Of a DNA stretch of 64,000 nucleotides, positions 1 through 10,503 are shown in pieces. A program made the position numbers and the translations under genes. This stretch comes from an uncultured Dehalococcoidia bacterium (GTDB lineage: Bacteria > Chloroflexota > Dehalococcoidia > SM23-28-2 > RBG-16-64-32): the NCBI GenBank assembly GCA_964558415.1, contig CAZLDI010000002.1, positions 10,712 through 74,711 on the forward strand, given 5' to 3'. The stretch's first letter is position 1; each line of letters opens with the position of its first letter. The notes beneath the pieces were generated by a model that had not been told where the DNA came from, ran no database searches, and worked only from the letters and a program-made list of their open reading frames with translations.

Positions 1-356
1 GTCGCTCCGTAGTCCCAGTTAGGGACGTGCATGACGGGCCGGACTTCCACACCAGACGATTGCGCATCCGGGATCCTGGCCGCGTATTCGAGCGCCTCGT
101 CGAGGTCTTTGCAGTCGAGGATGTAGAACCCACCCATCACTTCAGTTGTCTCCGCGAAGGGGCCGTCGGTGATCATCGTCTTGCCGTCCCGGACGCGGAC
201 TGTGGTGGCGGCTGTGGTGCCACCGATGGCCTCACAGAAGACGTAGGCACCGCGTGCGCGGGCTTCGTCCGCGAAGGCGAAATGGGCGCGGATCGCCTCC
301 TCGGGAGTGACGGCCGGGTTATCTTCGTTCCAGTGGAGCAGGAACATGTAGAGCAT
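1..356 (-). CDS. YciI/DGPF-domain protein (3' end runs off window)
   Basis: Manual translation from ATG 356: MLYMFLLHWNED...MITDGPFAETTEVMGGFYILDCKDLDEALEYAARIP...VEVRPV; AGGAG RBS upstream; not in the ORF track. Confidence 0.9.
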   Translation of the reverse strand, partial: MLYMFLLHWNEDNPAVTPEEAIRAHFAFADEARARGAYVFCEAIGGTTAATTVRVRDGKTMITDGPFAETTEVMGGFYILDCKDLDEALEYAARIPDAQSSGVEVRPVMHVPNWDYGA

Positions 357-377
357 GGTGCGTTCTCCTTTCTGAAG

Positions 378-719
378 CTACTTCGGGTGCCAGAGGGCGA
401 TGGGGCGAACGTCTATCCAGGCGCGGCCCTCGGCGGGTATTCGCTTCGCGAACTCGGCCGCTTCTTCGTGGTTGCGGCATTCGATAATGTAGAAGCCGCC
501 AAGCACCTCCTTCGTCTCGGGGAAGGGGCCGTCAGTCGTGAGGACCTTCCCGTTCCTGGATCGGATTGACTTCGTGTGCTCGGCCGGGACGAGGCCGGCG
601 CCGCCTTCGAAGATACCGCGCTCCCGCAGCTCGCCCTCCAGCTTCTGGTGCTCCGCCATCACATTGGTTCCGTCATATGGGACGGTGGGGTCGTAGTTGA
701 TGAGGAAGATGTATCTCAT
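378..719 (-). CDS. YciI/DGPF-domain protein
   Basis: TDGPFPETKEVLGGFYIIEC...IDVRPI; AGGAGG RBS. Confidence 0.92.
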   Translation of the reverse strand: MRYIFLINYDPTVPYDGTNVMAEHQKLEGELRERGIFEGGAGLVPAEHTKSIRSRNGKVLTTDGPFPETKEVLGGFYIIECRNHEEAAEFAKRIPAEGRAWIDVRPIALWHPK

Positions 720-799
720 CTCGTACCTCCTTGAAGTTGGTGCGAGGCCCGTGCCCCGCTCACCTTAGCGACGGACGGCGCGGCCGGAAATCGACAGCT

Positions 800-1231
800 C
801 TACTCGGCAGGTTCGGTCTGCAACTGCCGCAAAATCGTAGCGGAGTCAAAGTATACGCGCTCGCAGACCAGATTCGCCTCTTCAAAGAGGAAGAACGCGG
901 TCATCCGGCACTTGAATGCGCGCCCTGTGGGAGGCATGCTGCCTAGCCGGCCCCTCTGCGTGCCCAGGAGCCAGAATTCTACGATTACCGCGTCAGATGC
1001 GTGGCGGAGCGAGATCAGTTCGTTGCGCTGATCGGGGAACGTGGCGCGGGATTCTGCGTAGTACCTCTGGACCTCGGAAGTGCCGTCATACACCCGGCCG
1101 GTGCTCATGATCTCGTAGCGGGGATGGGAGAAAGTCCGGAGAGCCGCCTCCAGGTCGAGGTCGTTTTCGGCCTGCATGTGCTCACGGACGATTCGTTCGC
1201 GTATCAGGCGCGTGTCGTTCGCCGCGGTCAT
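800..1231 (-). CDS. SnoaL-like ester cyclase (NTF2 fold)
   Basis: EHMQAEN...FPD...VIVEF.L.GT..G...PPTGR.F...CERVYFD; start set at MTAAND next to the upstream stop. Confidence 0.85.
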   Translation of the reverse strand: MTAANDTRLIRERIVREHMQAENDLDLEAALRTFSHPRYEIMSTGRVYDGTSEVQRYYAESRATFPDQRNELISLRHASDAVIVEFWLLGTQRGRLGSMPPTGRAFKCRMTAFFLFEEANLVCERVYFDSATILRQLQTEPAE

Positions 1232-1232
1232 C

Positions 1233-2687
1233 CTAGTCCATCGCGTCGCGCGTCCGCCAGTAGCCGATGGCACGCCGCAGCGCGCGCGCGGCAGCTTGAA
1301 AGCTACCGAAAACCGGGATATCGCGTTCGATTAGCTTCGCGCGGATTTGTGCCATTACGTCCTCGACGTGGCCGGGGTGAGCGATCGCTACGAACGGCTT
1401 CGAGGATCGCCCCTTGTGCTTCGCGAGGGTGTCCGCCATGCCGTCCAGCAGGGCGGGGTTGGCGGCGAGCCGGCGCGCGATGAAGCTGGCGCCCACTTCC
1501 ATCGCGATGGCGTCAACGTTCGCGTCCTCATCGAGGATCTCGAAGAGCCTGTCGAGGTTTCCGGGCGCGAAGCCGTGGCCTATCGTCCCACCGGCATCGA
1601 GGGGGTTCTGATAGCTGCCGCCGATGATGTTGAAGAACGATGACAGCTTCTCGTACGACCCTCCCGTCAACTTTGGCACTTCCAGCCCCTCACGCTCGAA
1701 TGCGTCAGTAATCACGACCGACTGGCCGCCGGTCATCGCGATCAGGCCCATTCGTGTCCCGGTGCCTGGCTTGCAGTGCACCAGGGCCTTCACAACATCG
1801 ATCGTCTCGTCAAGGCTCTCCGCCGGCACAACGCCGGCCTGCCGCATGGCAGCGTCCCAGATGGCGGCGTTTGTGGCCAGCGAGGCGGTGTGAGAATAGA
1901 CCGCGCGGCCACCGGCGGCTGTGACGCCGCCCTTCCAGACCACGACCGGCTTCGTTTTGGCGGCATCCTTGAGCGCGCGGAAGAGACGGCGCCCGTCTTT
2001 CGTCCCTTCCAGGTACATAGCTATAACTTCGGTTTCCGGGTCACCGGCGAAGTAGTCGATGTAGTCCGGCGCGTCGAGTATCACGGCGTTGCCGAAGCTC
2101 ACAGTCTTCGAGCACTTCACGCCCTGCACCGCGCCGACGAGCGAGAAGTTTATCGTGTGCGTGCCGCTCTGGCCGATGAAGCCAACGTTGCCCGCATCGC
2201 CGGTTGGTTGGTCTGTGCTGTGCCGGACTCCCAGCCGGCGGTTGTACAGACCCATACAGTTCGGTCCGATGAGCAGCAGATCGTTCTGCAGCGCGATCTC
2301 GGTGACTTGTCGTTGCGCCTCTATCCCGTCTTCCGTCTCCGTTTCCGCGAAACCGGACGTGAACAGGGCGACCGCACCGACTTTCCTGGCCGCGCAGTCC
2401 GCTACGATCCTGGCCGCTACGGGTCGCGGAACGGCGCAGAGGACGTAATCGATCTCATCGGGAACGTCGGCGAGGCTCGTATAGTTCGTGACGCCCATTG
2501 CCTCGATGCCGGGGATCTCCCCGGGGTCGATCTGGACGGACACGGCATCGCCGGTGAACGTGCTCATGCAGTTCAGCCACATGTAACCCATGGCCCGCTT
2601 ATCGCCAACGACGGCGACCGTGCGCGGGTTAAGGGCGCGTTCGAGACGCTTACGGAGGTCTGTCGCGCGCTCGGCTGTCTGGGTCAC
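1233..2687 (-). CDS. ADP-forming acyl-CoA synthetase alpha subunit (CoA-binding)
   Basis: IGPNCMG, QSGT, SFGN, SHTASL (phospho-His), NPLD motifs. Confidence 0.9.
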   Translation of the reverse strand: MTQTAERATDLRKRLERALNPRTVAVVGDKRAMGYMWLNCMSTFTGDAVSVQIDPGEIPGIEAMGVTNYTSLADVPDEIDYVLCAVPRPVAARIVADCAARKVGAVALFTSGFAETETEDGIEAQRQVTEIALQNDLLLIGPNCMGLYNRRLGVRHSTDQPTGDAGNVGFIGQSGTHTINFSLVGAVQGVKCSKTVSFGNAVILDAPDYIDYFAGDPETEVIAMYLEGTKDGRRLFRALKDAAKTKPVVVWKGGVTAAGGRAVYSHTASLATNAAIWDAAMRQAGVVPAESLDETIDVVKALVHCKPGTGTRMGLIAMTGGQSVVITDAFEREGLEVPKLTGGSYEKLSSFFNIIGGSYQNPLDAGGTIGHGFAPGNLDRLFEILDEDANVDAIAMEVGASFIARRLAANPALLDGMADTLAKHKGRSSKPFVAIAHPGHVEDVMAQIRAKLIERDIPVFGSFQAAARALRRAIGYWRTRDAMD

Positions 2688-2726
2688 GGCGCTAGCCGGC
2701 CAAGCCCTGATGCGGAGCGCTCACGC

Positions 2727-3419
2727 TCACCCGACCACGATCCGCGCGTCCACCGCGATGGCGCCGTCCGCGTATGCGAATACGGGATTCAGGTCCAGTT
2801 CCTCGATCTCCGGGTGTTCTTCCACGAAAGCCGACAGCTTCAGGAGCAGTTCCGCGATGGCGTCCAGGTCCGCCGGCTCCTGGCCGCGCACGCCCTGGAG
2901 TACTGGGAAGCCCTTGATCTCCCTGATCATCTCCCGCGCGTCCTTCGGCTCCAGCGGGACAATGCGGAAGGCGACATCCTTCAGCACTTCGACGAAGATG
3001 CCTCCAAGCCCGAACATCAGGACAGGGCCGAACTGCGGGTCCTTGCTCATGCCGACGATTATCTCGGTGCCTGACGGGGCCATCTTCTGTACGGCGACGC
3101 CGTCGATCGTGGCAGCGGGTTCGTGCTTCTCTACGGAGGCGATAATCTCCTCGAACGCCGCTTGAACCTCAGCCGCCGAGCCCACTCCGACCTTCACGCC
3201 GCCCACGTCCGACTTGTGGGTGACGTTGGGCGACACGATCTTCAGGACCACCGGGAAGCCGGCCTTTTCCGCCGCCGCCGCCGCTTCAGCCGGTGTCTTC
3301 GCCAGCGTCGCCAACGCCACAGGGATACCCGCCTCGTGGAGCACTTGCTTGGACTCGATCTCTGTAAGGACTGTGCGTCCCTGTTTGCGAGCCGTGGCCG
3401 TTACTTCGGCGAGAGACAT
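2727..3419 (-). CDS. ADP-forming acyl-CoA synthetase beta subunit (ATP-grasp)
   Basis: GFPVVLKIVSP..THKSDVGGV, DPQFGPVLMFGLGGIFVEVLKD, ELDLNPV, AVDARI. Confidence 0.92.
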   Translation of the reverse strand: MSLAEVTATARKQGRTVLTEIESKQVLHEAGIPVALATLAKTPAEAAAAAEKAGFPVVLKIVSPNVTHKSDVGGVKVGVGSAAEVQAAFEEIIASVEKHEPAATIDGVAVQKMAPSGTEIIVGMSKDPQFGPVLMFGLGGIFVEVLKDVAFRIVPLEPKDAREMIREIKGFPVLQGVRGQEPADLDAIAELLLKLSAFVEEHPEIEELDLNPVFAYADGAIAVDARIVVG

Positions 3420-3437
3420 CTGACGTGGGTAAGGAGC

Positions 3438-3647
3438 TCAGGCGCGGATTGTGGGCGCCGCCTTGGCGCTGCGGGTCATCGCCTTGCGGGCACTGTAGTT
3501 CGCGAAGCTGCGAGTCGCGCCGCAGTACTTGCAGACGCCGTCGCTTGTCTCTCCGTTCGGCGTCGCGATCTGCCAATGGTGCGCGCAGGCCATGCCAGCG
3601 GCGTCGCTGCTGCTCGTCTGCATCTCAGATCGCGGCTCGGCTACCAT
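3438..3647 (-). CDS. Small putative zinc-ribbon protein
   Basis: CAHHW-x-I-x-TPNG-x-S-x-GVCKYCG (CxH...CxxC); overlaps stop of the RRM gene. Confidence 0.65.
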   Translation of the reverse strand: MVAEPRSEMQTSSSDAAGMACAHHWQIATPNGETSDGVCKYCGATRSFANYSARKAMTRSAKAAPTIRA

Positions 3648-3997
3648 CGCCCGCCTCCACGGCCGCCGCGCCTGCCGCCGCCGCCGCCGCCGCCGTAGCC
3701 GCCTCCACCGCCGCCGCCGCCGTAACCTCCGCCCCCACCGCTTCGGGACTGCGGGGGTTTCGCTTCGTCCACCGTGAGGGTGCGTCCGTCAAGTGTCTTG
3801 CCATTCAGCTCTTCGATCGCCTTTCGAGCGTCACCGGTGTTAGTCATTTCCACGAAGCCAAAGCCACGGGAACGCCCGGAGTAGCGGTCGACGGCGACTG
3901 ATGCGGACTCGACAGCCCCCACCTGCTCGAAAAAAGTGCGTAGGCCTGCGTCTGTCGTGTCATAGGAAATGCCGCCGACATAGAGCTTCGATGCCAC
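3641..3997 (-). CDS. RRM (RNP-1) RNA-binding protein with Gly-rich tail
   Basis: RNP2 LYVGGI, RNP1 RGFGFVEM, GGGY tail encoded by GGC-rich repeats; AAGGAGG RBS. Confidence 0.95.
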   Translation of the reverse strand: MASKLYVGGISYDTTDAGLRTFFEQVGAVESASVAVDRYSGRSRGFGFVEMTNTGDARKAIEELNGKTLDGRTLTVDEAKPPQSRSGGGGGYGGGGGGGGYGGGGGGGRRGGRGGGRW

Positions 3998-4083
3998 TGA
4001 GGTCCTCCTTCAGGTGCCCGGCTATACGCGTCTGACGAGCCTCGGTGCGGGAAACGACTGGGGCGGCGAGGCAAGCTTTCTAA

Positions 4084-4112
4084 CTATAGCGTTAACGTGG
4101 CTACTGAACAAT
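4084..4112 (-). promoter_or_regulatory. Putative sigma70-type promoter of the RRM gene
   Basis: Minus strand TTGTTC-N17-TATAGT, giving a leader of about 80 nt. Confidence 0.5.
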
Positions 4113-4155
4113 AGATCGATCTGAGGACAATCGAGTCTGGGCCTTGCGGCCGGGG

Positions 4156-5796
<1,641 letters not shown>

Positions 5797-5956
5797 GACT
5801 CTTCGTGTGTAGAATAGCACGTTGGCGGATGCGGTTTACGTTGGCTGCGGTGCACGTTCCGAGCCACCCGAGGAGTGCGCGGACGGCGCGGGCCTTGACA
5901 CGTGTGCTAGAATTTGGTCACGCGTCTTAGCGTCTTACTGATGGGGTGTATCATCT

Positions 5957-6172
5957 ATGGCTCTTGAGCCGTTCGACGACTATCTAGATCTGGTGGAAGC
6001 GGCGCGTGTGCTTAACATTCATCCGCAGAGCCTGCGCCGGCTCATCAAGCAGAAGAAGGTGCCGGCCGTCCTCTTCGCGGGGAAGTACTTGATCCAGCGT
6101 GACAAGCTGGAGATGTTCAAGTCGAACTACGACCCGCGGCCCGGGCGCAAGGCCATTCGCACGCTGCTCTGA
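5957..6172 (+). CDS. Excisionase-like helix-turn-helix (HTH_17) DNA-binding protein
   Basis: YLDLVEAARVLNIHPQSLRRLIKQKKVPA...KYLI pattern. Confidence 0.85.
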   Translation: MALEPFDDYLDLVEAARVLNIHPQSLRRLIKQKKVPAVLFAGKYLIQRDKLEMFKSNYDPRPGRKAIRTLL

Positions 6173-6173
6173 G

Positions 6174-6959
6174 CTAGCCGTCGCTGGCGGATACCAACGG
6201 AGCGTCGATTGCGATGCCGGGATCGCCGACGTCACGAAACTCCATGAACAGGTCGAGCCCGATCGCCCTACCCTGTTCGTCAGTTGTCTGCGAGGTGATA
6301 TTCAACCGGACGGGCCACCGTCCCTCATCCGCTACCCAGACGTCCACCTGAAACTTATCGGGCAGCTGTGTCTCCGGGGAGGTTCCGAGCAGCTCAGGGA
6401 GGCGCTCGAGGTCCGCGTCGTCGAGGGCATAGTGTTTCGTCACTATCTCGCTTACGGTTTCAGTCGTCGCCTCTGCGCCCGACAGGGAATCTGACAACCG
6501 CTCAACGATGTCGGTGCACACAACGGCTGGCGTAAGCGAGGCCTCTTCGGAAGACTGCTGCCAGTCCAGCCCGACCCGCACCCAGTTCTCGCCTTCTACG
6601 CTTCGCAGCTCAAGCTCCTCGCCCTGGACGCGGAGGATCGTCTGGGAACGGTCAGGGGCGACGAATGCTCCCTCGAGCCGCATGTCGGAGAAAAGGGCCG
6701 TGAGGGCGTCGGCGAAGGCGCTCAGCGGAGCTGCTGTCGGAGAACCGGGGGTCCTTTCGAACGCCGGAGACGCCAGCTTCAGCGAAATCTCGTAGCGATA
6801 ACTCGGGAGGTTGCTGATGCTGTCGCAAGAGACCGTTAGGCGGTCACTGCCACCGCCACCGTTTCCGCCACTGCACGCGCCAACTACCAGGGCAATTGTT
6901 GCTACAGCTGCGAGCGCGAAACCAAGCAGGCCGCGATTGTCCATCAAGGTCTTGACCAT
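6174..6959 (-). CDS. Lipoprotein, LppX/LprAFG-like
   Basis: Signal peptide with lipobox VGAC; beta-rich body ending DVWV..GRWPVR...F.DVG.P.I.IDAP. Confidence 0.65.
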   Translation of the reverse strand: MVKTLMDNRGLLGFALAAVATIALVVGACSGGNGGGGSDRLTVSCDSISNLPSYRYEISLKLASPAFERTPGSPTAAPLSAFADALTALFSDMRLEGAFVAPDRSQTILRVQGEELELRSVEGENWVRVGLDWQQSSEEASLTPAVVCTDIVERLSDSLSGAEATTETVSEIVTKHYALDDADLERLPELLGTSPETQLPDKFQVDVWVADEGRWPVRLNITSQTTDEQGRAIGLDLFMEFRDVGDPGIAIDAPLVSASDG

Positions 6960-7018
6960 CGACTAAGAGACGCTGGACGAAGCCATGTCCGTTACAGTCC
7001 ACGGCGGCGTGGGGCCGC

Positions 7019-7675
7019 TTAGCCGCCCCGTTCGGTCCTCCGCAGCTGTATGTAGCTAATGCTGTCGCGGTACGGCCCCTCCTCGATCAGGCCGCTCGCC
7101 ATCAAGTAGTTCAGCATCGTCTCCAGACCGAGGATAGAAATGAGGTTATAGCCCTGAGCCCTAAGCTGCTCACGCGCCCCCTCCTGCCTGTCCAGAAGAA
7201 CGAGCACATCGCGCACGCTGAGCTCCGCGTTCCGCTTGAGGAACGCTCCGGTTTCTGCGATGCCCCCACCGCTTGTCACAAGGTCGTCAATCAGCAAGAC
7301 AGTCTCGCCCGCGGCGTGCCTACCTTCGACCCAAACGCGATTGCCGTTGCGCTCCTTAGCGGGGTGAACGTAGATCAACGGACAGCGGCTGCGCAGGGAG
7401 AACGCGGTCGCCAGGTGCAGACCGCCAAAGGGGATCCCGCAGACGCGTTGGAACGACTGTACCTGCGGGTGCAGCATCGCCTGTCGTGTTTGGAGTTCCT
7501 CGTGCATCACGCGCGCCGCCCGCGCCAGAGCGCGAGGGCTGCTAATCAGCAGGCGAAGATTGACGTATACCGGCGAATGCTGCGTCGTTCGCCCCAACGT
7601 GAAATCTCCGAACTGGATCGCACCGAGGTTCCAGAGCTCCTTCGCCAGCCAGAGGTTGCCTGTGTCTTCCGGCAT
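7019..7675 (-). CDS. pyrE: Orotate phosphoribosyltransferase-like type I PRTase (alternative in-frame start at 7729)
   Basis: FGDFTL...SPVYVNLR, GIPFGG, PRPP loop LLIDDLVTSGGG, LLDRQEG. Confidence 0.72.
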   Translation of the reverse strand: MPEDTGNLWLAKELWNLGAIQFGDFTLGRTTQHSPVYVNLRLLISSPRALARAARVMHEELQTRQAMLHPQVQSFQRVCGIPFGGLHLATAFSLRSRCPLIYVHPAKERNGNRVWVEGRHAAGETVLLIDDLVTSGGGIAETGAFLKRNAELSVRDVLVLLDRQEGAREQLRAQGYNLISILGLETMLNYLMASGLIEEGPYRDSISYIQLRRTERGG

Positions 7676-7684
7676 CTCCCACTC

Positions 7685-7726
7685 AACACAGAAAGAGGCC
7701 CCTCCGCCGGAAGCGGAGGCGGCCTT
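7685..7726 (-). terminator. Intrinsic terminator-like hairpin in the pyrE leader
   Basis: Minus strand AAGGCCGCCTCCGC-TTCCG-GCGGAGGGGCCTC followed by TTTCTGTGTT. Confidence 0.6.
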
Positions 7727-7746
7727 CATGATCCGAGATTAGCGCG

Positions 7747-7775
7747 ACGATAACACCCGCGTTCAGTGCTGTCAA
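7747..7775 (-). promoter_or_regulatory. sigma70-type promoter upstream of pyrE
   Basis: TTGACA-N17-TATCGT with extended -10 TG. Confidence 0.65.
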
Positions 7776-8791
7776 GGCGGCGAAAACCGCCGTCGCCAGC
7801 CGGCCCGCCAGCGGCGGCTGATCTCACGGTTTACCGCGTGTTTGGGTACGCGTCCGTTGAGGGCTTCAACGAGGTTTTGCGCCGCCAGCATAGCCATTCG
7901 CGAGCGGGTGGCGATGCTCGCGCTGGCGATGTGCGGCGTGACGATAACGTTCTCCAGCTTAAGCAGAGGGTCGGTCGCAGCCATCGGTTCCGGATCGGTC
8001 ACATCGATCGCGGCGGCTGCGATCGTGCCGCTGACGAGGGCCTCATACAACGCTCCCTGGTCCACCAGCGATCCCCGCGCGGTGTTCACGAGGACGGCGG
8101 ACGCTTTCATGAGAGTCAGTTCACGCGCGGCGATGAGGCCCCGGGTCTGCGGCGTCAGCGGCGCGTGCAGCGAGACAAAGTCGGACTCGCGCAGGAGTTG
8201 GTCGAGCGATGTGTGCGACATCTGCAAGCGGCGCTCGAGCGCTTCTCTTCTAGTGCGGCTGTGATAGAGGATTCGCATTCCAAACGCGCGTGCTCGAAGC
8301 GCCAGCTCTCGGCCGACGCCGCCCATTCCCACGATCCCCAGCGTTGAGCCCTCGAGGTCACGACCGAGCAGCGTTTCGGGTCCCCACGTCCGCCAGAGCC
8401 CATGCCGAACCAGGCGGTCCGCCTCGACCAACCTGCGCCCGGCGGCGATCATAAGGGCGAACGCGAACTCGGCCGTGGTTTCGGCAAGTACGCCGGGCGT
8501 ACGCGCGACGAGTACGCAATGGCGAGTGGCAGCGACTACATCGATGTTATCGAAGCCTGTTGCCATGTTGCTGACGACGAGGAGGCCAGGGGCTGAGTCG
8601 AGCAGGGCGGCGTCTATTTGGTCGGTCAGCAACGTCAGCAGCCCATCGCAGCCCGTTGCTGACTGAACCAACTCCTCACGTGGCGGAGGCACGTGGCCTG
8701 GCCAGACCTTCAGCTCCACGTGCTCGGCCAGATAGTCGAGCGCGCCACCGGGCAGGTGGCGCGTGACGTATATGCGGGGCTTCGATCTCAC
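7772..8791 (-). CDS. D-2-hydroxyacid dehydrogenase (glyoxylate/hydroxypyruvate reductase family)
   Basis: GFDNID, TPGVL, GIVGMGGVG, VNTARG, DVTDPEP, TPHIAS. Confidence 0.92.
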   Translation of the reverse strand: MRSKPRIYVTRHLPGGALDYLAEHVELKVWPGHVPPPREELVQSATGCDGLLTLLTDQIDAALLDSAPGLLVVSNMATGFDNIDVVAATRHCVLVARTPGVLAETTAEFAFALMIAAGRRLVEADRLVRHGLWRTWGPETLLGRDLEGSTLGIVGMGGVGRELALRARAFGMRILYHSRTRREALERRLQMSHTSLDQLLRESDFVSLHAPLTPQTRGLIAARELTLMKASAVLVNTARGSLVDQGALYEALVSGTIAAAAIDVTDPEPMAATDPLLKLENVIVTPHIASASIATRSRMAMLAAQNLVEALNGRVPKHAVNREISRRWRAGWRRRFSPP

Positions 8792-9327
8792 GCGGAGCCG
8801 ATGCGGGGGCCGCGCCGCTGGTCAGGTTCCTTCCCACCCAGAAACTGCGGCTTGTAGGTAGGCTCCTCACCGCGCACCTGGTCGACGTGCATGCGGTCGT
8901 GCCGGTAGTACGAGCGCAGCCACTGCATCGCTGTGAGCGAGCCAAAGATTGAGTTACTGGCCCGGCGGTCGAAGTCCGCAGGTTTCATCGAGGCGATAAC
9001 GGACATGGTGGTCTCACGCTGGCGTCGCATTTCGGCCACGTGCTCCGCCGCGCTATGCTCATTCGCCCGCTCCAGCGGAATCGCGGAACGTTCTCCGGTC
9101 ACGCCGTCGACATTTGCGCCGTCTTCTTCGATCGCGCGCAGCACCCAGGCGCGGTACGCGGACTCCATCTCGCACAAGTGTGACATCTGTTGCTTTTGGT
9201 TCCACTCGCCCGGTTTCGGCGAGCGGGAAGCCTCTTCGTCACTGAGTCCCGCCAGTAGTGAGAGCAAGGTCTCTCTCTGGGATTGCATTTTTTCGATCAG
9301 TTCGTCAATTTGCGCCTGTTCGGCCAT
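8788..9327 (-). CDS. DinB family protein
   Basis: PGEWN.KQQMSHL...YRHDRMH metal triad; GGAGG RBS. Confidence 0.85.
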   Translation of the reverse strand: MAEQAQIDELIEKMQSQRETLLSLLAGLSDEEASRSPKPGEWNQKQQMSHLCEMESAYRAWVLRAIEEDGANVDGVTGERSAIPLERANEHSAAEHVAEMRRQRETTMSVIASMKPADFDRRASNSIFGSLTAMQWLRSYYRHDRMHVDQVRGEEPTYKPQFLGGKEPDQRRGPRIGSA

Positions 9328-9445
9328 ATCTAGCCTCCTGCGGGGAATGATACCGCCTCCGGCTGCGCTGTCAATTACAGGCGCGTCTCGCTACAATGAT
9401 CGTGGGCCTACTGCCCAGAGAGCCAACAGGAGGCGTTCCCAGCAC

Positions 9446-9778
9446 ATGGCTACGAAAGACCCGCGCGAGCCGTTTACGCGCATCACCGTCCAAGAAGCGG
9501 ACGAGATGATAGGTGGTGGCGCAGCCGTCATCGATGTCCGCGAGCCGCACGAATACACAGCCGGCCACGTGCCCGGCGCAGCGCTGATTCCGGTCGCGAC
9601 AGTGTTCAAGCGCAAGGAAGAACTGCCCAAGGACAAGGACCTCATCTTCGTCTGCGCCGTCGGACAGCGCAGTGCGCTGGCCAGTGAGATGGCGGCGGCC
9701 GCCGGCCTGACTCGCCTCTTCAACCTTGAGGGCGGTACCGATGCCTGGATAAAGGCCGGCATGCCCGTCGAAAAGTAG
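9446..9778 (+). CDS. Single-domain rhodanese (sulfurtransferase)
   Basis: IDVREPHEY..GHVPGA, CAVGQRS, NLEGGTDAW; AGGAGG RBS before ATG 9446. Confidence 0.9.
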   Translation: MATKDPREPFTRITVQEADEMIGGGAAVIDVREPHEYTAGHVPGAALIPVATVFKRKEELPKDKDLIFVCAVGQRSALASEMAAAAGLTRLFNLEGGTDAWIKAGMPVEK

Positions 9779-9822
9779 GGCCACCGTTTGGCGAGCCCGA
9801 GCTCACGTTCCCCGACGAACCG

Positions 9823-10503
9823 TTGACCCGCGTCCTGCTGTTCGATATCGATAACACGCTCCTTTATACCGGCGGCGCCGGGGGCTTGGCCATGAGCATC
9901 GCTTTCGAGCAAATGTTTGGCATCGCTGATGGCTTCGGGAAGATTGAGTTCAGCGGCCGCACGGACTTGTTCATCGTCTCCGAAGGGCTCAGGCAGAATG
10001 GCATAGAGGGCGGGGCTGCGGCGCACCTCGATGAGTTCCTGCGCCGATACTATGCTCTACTTCCTGGTACGCTCCGTGATCGTGACGGTTACTTGATGCC
10101 CGGCTTCCCGCAGTTGCTGGAAGCGGCCTCGAAGCGCCCCGACGTCCGTGTCGGCCTCGGTACGGGCAACTTCAGCGAAGCGGCGCGCATCAAACTCGAG
10201 CATTACGGCATCGCAGACTTCTTCTCGGGCGGGGGGTTCGGGGAGGAAAGCGTCGAACGCGCCGAAGTGATCGCCGCTGCGATAGCGCGTCTTGGTGACG
10301 GGGCGCTGCCGGACGACATCTTCGTCATCGGAGATACGCCTCACGACGTAATGTCGGGGCTCGACAACGGCGTGGTCGCTGTTGGAGTGGCCACCGGAAC
10401 CTACACGACGGACCAGTTGCGGGAGAGCGGCGCGCACATGGCGTTTGAGGATTTCTCGGACTGGGAGGCGGCGGCCGCCATGCTGGTGGGGGCCGGCTCC
10501 TAA
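9823..10503 (+). CDS. HAD-superfamily hydrolase
   Basis: LLFDIDNTL, TGN, VIGDTPHD. Confidence 0.9.
   Translation: MTRVLLFDIDNTLLYTGGAGGLAMSIAFEQMFGIADGFGKIEFSGRTDLFIVSEGLRQNGIEGGAAAHLDEFLRRYYALLPGTLRDRDGYLMPGFPQLLEAASKRPDVRVGLGTGNFSEAARIKLEHYGIADFFSGGGFGEESVERAEVIAAAIARLGDGALPDDIFVIGDTPHDVMSGLDNGVVAVGVATGTYTTDQLRESGAHMAFEDFSDWEAAAAMLVGAGS

Noticed and set aside
3655-3745. GCC/GGC triplet repeats
   Set aside because: They encode the Gly-rich tail of the RRM protein; not a CRISPR array or VNTR locus
5957-6172. Prophage or ICE marked by the excisionase-like gene
   Set aside because: No integrase, att-like repeats or phage genes nearby
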